Assembly: GCA_963805625.1 (NCBI GenBank)
Contig: CAWDVE010000017.1
Coordinates: 921,912 to 985,911, forward strand
DNA: 64,000 bases
Reading direction: 5' to 3'
Source of the DNA: an uncultured Candidatus Rokubacteria bacterium
Lineage (GTDB): Bacteria; Methylomirabilota; Methylomirabilia; Rokubacteriales; DASRDR01
Positions 60,149 through 64,000 of this stretch are shown here, in pieces (the first letter of the stretch is position 1; each line of letters begins with the position of its first letter). Position numbers and translations under genes: made by a program. A model generated the notes under the pieces. That model had not been told where the DNA came from. It ran no database searches and saw only the letters and a program-made list of their open reading frames with translations.

Positions 60149-61021
60149 TCAGCCGGTGAAGCGCGCTTCGGGCAAGCCCCGCACGCCTGGATCGAGAGCC
60201 AGGAGGCCTCCGGCGCACGGCTGAGCGGCCAGCGCGTCCGACGAGAGCCCGATCGTTGCCGACGTCACGTACAGCACCGCGAGGTCCGGTCCACCGAAGG
60301 CCGGACAGGTGGGGCGCTGGACCGGCAAGCGCACGACGCGCTCCGTGCGGCCGGCGGGGTCGTGGCGGGTCAGCTGCCACCCGTCCCAGTGCGCGAGCCA
60401 CACGAATCCCTCGGCGTCGACGGTGGCGCCGTCCGGCGCGCCCTCGTCACCCGAGAGCTGCAGGAACACGCGGCGGTTCGCGATCTCACCGCGATCGGGG
60501 TCCGAGTCCCAGGCCCAGACGGTTCGGCGGACGGTGTCGGCGTGGTACATGGTCCGCCCGTCGGGGCTCCAGCAGAGCGAGTTCGAGCAGATGAGTCCGT
60601 CGATCATTCGGCGGCACGAGCCGTCGGGGTCGAGGCGGTAGAGGGAGCCCCCGGGAGCGGACTCTGGATCGTGCATGCTGCCGGCCCAGAACCGGCCGCG
60701 CCGGTCGGGCTTCCCGTCGTTGAAGCGGTTCTCTGGCCGGTCCAGTTCGGGCCTGGCGACGGGCTGGATCGCACCCGTGTCGAGGTCGAGGAAGTGGAAG
60801 CCGGAGCGCAAGGCCACCACCAGACCGCCGGCCGCGCGCCGGACGAGGGAGCCCACGGTCTCGGGCGTCGGCCATCGCGTGTCGTGGCCGGTGGCGGGAT
60901 CGAACCGGTGCACGCTACAGCCCTTGATGTCGACCCAGTAGAGGAGGCGGTCCTCCGGGTCCCAGAGTGGCCCCTCGCCGAGGAGGGCCCGCGCCGGCAG
61001 GACGCAGCGCACGCCGGTCAC
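60149..61021 (-). CDS. SMP-30/gluconolactonase family sugar lactonase
   Basis: LGEGPLW, NRFNDGK, SNSL, PDGATVD, PTCPAFGG. Confidence 0.92.
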   Translation of the reverse strand: MTGVRCVLPARALLGEGPLWDPEDRLLYWVDIKGCSVHRFDPATGHDTRWPTPETVGSLVRRAAGGLVVALRSGFHFLDLDTGAIQPVARPELDRPENRFNDGKPDRRGRFWAGSMHDPESAPGGSLYRLDPDGSCRRMIDGLICSNSLCWSPDGRTMYHADTVRRTVWAWDSDPDRGEIANRRVFLQLSGDEGAPDGATVDAEGFVWLAHWDGWQLTRHDPAGRTERVVRLPVQRPTCPAFGGPDLAVLYVTSATIGLSSDALAAQPCAGGLLALDPGVRGLPEARFTG

Positions 61022-61076
61022 GGTCCGAGGACCGTGGGGAGGCGGGGCTTCCCGGCCGAGCGTCTCTCGTGCCGCA

Positions 61077-61970
61077 TCACGTGGTCTCCGGGGTCAACGT
61101 GAGCGAGGCGCGCACGGACTCGCCGGGAGCGAGGGTCCGCATCCCCGTGTCCGCCCGGCCGGCGGCGGCGAGATTGAAGGCGTCGGTGATGTGGCTGACC
61201 GGCTCGGCGCAGAAGAACGACGCGCCGGGCGGCGTGTAGACCACCAGCGTCCCGAGCGGGCCTCGCGTGCTGAGCCGGAGCTGAACGCGGCGCTCGGGCC
61301 ACGCGACGACGGCCTGGCCGTCCCAGCCGACGAACGCGTTGTCGAGCGGTACCCGATCCACGAGAAGCCCCCGCCCTGGATCGCGGTCCGGCGGGGGCGC
61401 CACGCAGACGACGGGCAACACCTCGGCGTCGGTCTGCCAGAGCCCGGTGACGTGCGCGGTGAGGGTCGTCGCCGCGGTCCTCGGGAAGTAGGGGTGCCAG
61501 CCCAGCCCCGCGGGCATGGCCGCGTTGCTTTCGTTCGCGAGCGTCAGCTCGAGCTCGAGGCTCGCCGGCGTCACCGCGATCCGCTGCACGACCCGATAGG
61601 CCCACGGCCACGCGCCCGGCACGTGGAGATACTCGAGGACAGCCCCCGCCGGGTGGGCGCTCACGACGGTCCATGAGGTCTGGAAGCCGTGCCCGTGGAT
61701 CGGGTGGCGATCCTGCGGACGGTTGGGTGGCAGGCTGATCGTGCGCTGGCCGAAGGCGAAGCGTCCCGCGCGGATCCGGTTCGACCATGGGACCAGCGGG
61801 AAGCATGCCATCGCCCAGGGATCGCGCCTCGCGAGCGCCAGGTCGGGCGCGGGGCGGAGTAGCTCCACGTCCGGTCCTGTCTTCTCGGACCAGAAGCGCG
61901 CGATCGCACCTCCGACCAGGGGCGAGAGCACGACGCCGAGCGGGCCACTCCGCAGGGTGATCGGGTCCAT
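61077..61970 (-). CDS. Aldose 1-epimerase (mutarotase) family protein
   Basis: FPLVPWSNRI, HPIHG, GWHPYF, FFCAEP. Confidence 0.88.
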   Translation of the reverse strand: MDPITLRSGPLGVVLSPLVGGAIARFWSEKTGPDVELLRPAPDLALARRDPWAMACFPLVPWSNRIRAGRFAFGQRTISLPPNRPQDRHPIHGHGFQTSWTVVSAHPAGAVLEYLHVPGAWPWAYRVVQRIAVTPASLELELTLANESNAAMPAGLGWHPYFPRTAATTLTAHVTGLWQTDAEVLPVVCVAPPPDRDPGRGLLVDRVPLDNAFVGWDGQAVVAWPERRVQLRLSTRGPLGTLVVYTPPGASFFCAEPVSHITDAFNLAAAGRADTGMRTLAPGESVRASLTLTPETT

Positions 61971-62080
61971 GCCGGCCGAGGATACCGGGTCGCCCGCGGT
62001 TCCGGCAAGCCGACTCGCGTGTGCTAGCGTGGATGGCGGCTTGCCGTCGATCACGTCCGTCGCCCCCAAGGGAGGCCTTC

Positions 62081-62845
62081 ATGACGTACGCCACCTATCC
62101 GAGCTTGCGCGACCGCGTCGTCCTCGTGACCGGCGGTGCGAGTGGCATCGGCGCCTCGATCGTGGAGCACTTCTCTGCCCAGGGCTCGCGGGTGGCCTTC
62201 CTCGACATCGACCGCGCCGCCGCCGAGCGTCTCCTGGAGGCGATCGGTGCGACGGGCCGGGAGCGGCCCCTGTTCCTGCCGTGCGACCTCAAGGACATTG
62301 CGGCCCTCCGCGGCGCCGTCGCCGAGGTGCGCCGACGCCTCGGCCCGATCCGGATCCTGATCAACAACGCGGCCGACGACGAGCGCCACGCGCTCGACAG
62401 CGTCACTCCCGAGTACTGGGACGATCGGCTCGCCGTCAATCTGCGCCACCAGTTCTTCGCCGCCCAGGCGGTCTACCCCGACATGGCGGCCGCTGGCGGG
62501 GGCGCGATCGTCAACCTGGGCTCGACCTCGTGGATGGCCGGGCAGGGCGGGATGCCCGGCTACACGACGGCGAAGTCGGCGGTCGTCGGGCTCACGCGCG
62601 GGCTCGCTCGCGACCTCGGCCCGCACAACATCCGGGTGACCTGCGTCGTGCCCGGCTGGATCATGACCGAGCGCCAGCTGCGGCTCTGGCTCACCCCGGA
62701 GGCCGAGGTCGAGCTGCTCCGCCGGCAGTGCCTGAAGCGGAAGCTCGTGCCCGAGGACATCGCCCGGGCGATCCTCTTCTTCGCCGCGGACGACAGCGCG
62801 GCCTGCACGGCGCAGAGCTACGTCGTCGACGCCGGCTGGACCTGA
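62081..62845 (+). CDS. SDR resembling the Weimberg-pathway D-xylose dehydrogenase XylB
   Basis: YPSL..TGGASGIG, NNAADDERH, NLRHQFF, YTTAK, PGWIMTERQ, VDAGW; GGAGG SD. Confidence 0.85.
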   Translation: MTYATYPSLRDRVVLVTGGASGIGASIVEHFSAQGSRVAFLDIDRAAAERLLEAIGATGRERPLFLPCDLKDIAALRGAVAEVRRRLGPIRILINNAADDERHALDSVTPEYWDDRLAVNLRHQFFAAQAVYPDMAAAGGGAIVNLGSTSWMAGQGGMPGYTTAKSAVVGLTRGLARDLGPHNIRVTCVVPGWIMTERQLRLWLTPEAEVELLRRQCLKRKLVPEDIARAILFFAADDSAACTAQSYVVDAGWT

Positions 62846-62859
62846 TCGCCGGCGCGGTC

Positions 62860-63966
62860 CTAGGCGATCTCGATCCGGCGGGCCCGGGCCTTCACCACGA
62901 CCGTGCGGCCCTCTACCGTCCAGCCGCGGTCGGCGCGCTCCAGCGCGGCCCGGTCCAGGCGGGGCAGGGCGTGGCCGTCGGCGGCCACCTCGGCCGGCGC
63001 CTCGGCGTCGTGGAGGCGCAGCACGAGCGAGCCGGGCGATGCCGTGCCCGCTGCGTCGACGCGGAACGTCACCCGTCGGCCATCACGCCGGGCGTGGAGG
63101 ACGGCCGACCCGGTGTCGCCCCTGAGGGCGAAGGTCGCCTCCGTCGTGACGAAGGCCTCCACCGTCAGCGGACCGGCCGTCGCCTCGGCCACGTGATTCC
63201 GCACGGGGCCAAGCACGAGGAGACTGTTCTCGCGGAGGTAGAGCGGCAGCTCCCGGAGCGGCACCTCGCGGCGTAGCGTCAGCGGGCCCTGGTGGACCGT
63301 CCCGCTCCACCAGTCCATCCAGCGTCCTGGCGGCAGGTAGGTGGTGACGGCACCGCCCGGACTGGTGACCGGCGACACCAGCAGCTCACGCCCGAGGCAG
63401 TACTGGAGATCGAAGGCGTAGCCGGCGGGGTCGTCGGGGAACTCCATGGCCATCGGGCGCATGAGGGGCACGCCCGTCTTCGAGGCTTCCCAGCCGTGAC
63501 TCACCAGGTACGGCACCAGCTGGCTCCGGAGGCGCGCGTAGTCGCGGAAGATGGCGAGCGCCTCGTCCCCGAACAGCCAGGGATCCCGGGGCGTGGCGCC
63601 GTGGTACCGGCTGAGTGCCGAGAGGAATCCGAGCTGCGCCCAGCGGACATATAGCTCGGGGGAGGGATCGCTCCAGAACCCGCCGATGTCGTGGCTCCAG
63701 TAGGCGAGCCCGCTCATCGCGCTGGCGAGTCCGCCGCGCAGCGTGTTGGCCATGTCGAGGAACGTGCACTCAGAGTCGCCGGCCCAGTGACCGGGGTAGC
63801 GCTGCACGCCGGGGGAGGCGCTGCGCGACCAGGCGACGGCGCGCGGTCCCCGGGCGGCCTGGGTCGCCTCGAAGGACTCGCGCTGGAAGAGGAGCGGGTA
63901 GGGGTTGTGCATCTCCGCGCCGGTGAGACCGTTCGCGAAGCGGGCATCCTCCGGGATGTCTTCGGC
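62860..63966 (-). CDS. C-terminal part of a GH31 (YicI-like alpha-xylosidase); recognisable homology stops near 63966
   Basis: MHNPY, HWAGD, WSHDIGGF, ELYVRWAQLG, PLMRPM; the KTDF nucleophile motif is not seen upstream of AEDIP. Confidence 0.8.
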   Translation of the reverse strand, partial: AEDIPEDARFANGLTGAEMHNPYPLLFQRESFEATQAARGPRAVAWSRSASPGVQRYPGHWAGDSECTFLDMANTLRGGLASAMSGLAYWSHDIGGFWSDPSPELYVRWAQLGFLSALSRYHGATPRDPWLFGDEALAIFRDYARLRSQLVPYLVSHGWEASKTGVPLMRPMAMEFPDDPAGYAFDLQYCLGRELLVSPVTSPGGAVTTYLPPGRWMDWWSGTVHQGPLTLRREVPLRELPLYLRENSLLVLGPVRNHVAEATAGPLTVEAFVTTEATFALRGDTGSAVLHARRDGRRVTFRVDAAGTASPGSLVLRLHDAEAPAEVAADGHALPRLDRAALERADRGWTVEGRTVVVKARARRIEIA

Positions 63967-64000
63967 CGGCGGTTCCGCGACGGACGCGGCTCGTGGACGG

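Overview
High-GC (~70%) bacterial chromosomal window, mostly core genes; gene content and style suggest an uncultured lineage such as Ca. Rokubacteria/Methylomirabilota (inference only). In order it holds: a partial LLM/F420-type oxidoreductase, a Lys/Ala-rich histone-like protein, a pdhABC-lpdA 2-oxoacid dehydrogenase operon, MFS/CMD/DinB/amidase genes, and two disrupted genes (alpha/beta hydrolase, ArnT/GT39-like). Next come two Dpp/Opp-type ABC clusters without ATPases (one with tandem paralogous binding proteins), an IlvD/Edd dehydratase divergent from an AceE-like E1, and a bactofilin plus zinc-ribbon pair. The dcw cluster (mraZ to ftsZ) has a clear sigma70 promoter and MraZ boxes but lacks murG and ddl; it is followed by pgeF-yggS-proC-yggT-divIVA-yggU-mtnA, an aminotransferase-serA pair, uup, and a pentose/glycoside catabolic cluster (LLM, GH127, lactonase, mutarotase, XylB-like SDR, broken GH31). 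No tRNA, rRNA, CRISPR array or transposase was seen. The most unusual signal is that many intra-operon gaps are spanned by tiny ORFs (3-34 aa) whose start overlaps the upstream stop and/or whose stop overlaps the downstream start (NTGA). These include a three-step chain between ftsL and ftsI and bridges sitting where murG and ddl normally are, suggesting a translational relay (termination-reinitiation) architecture. All coordinates and tallies were read by hand; no searches were run.
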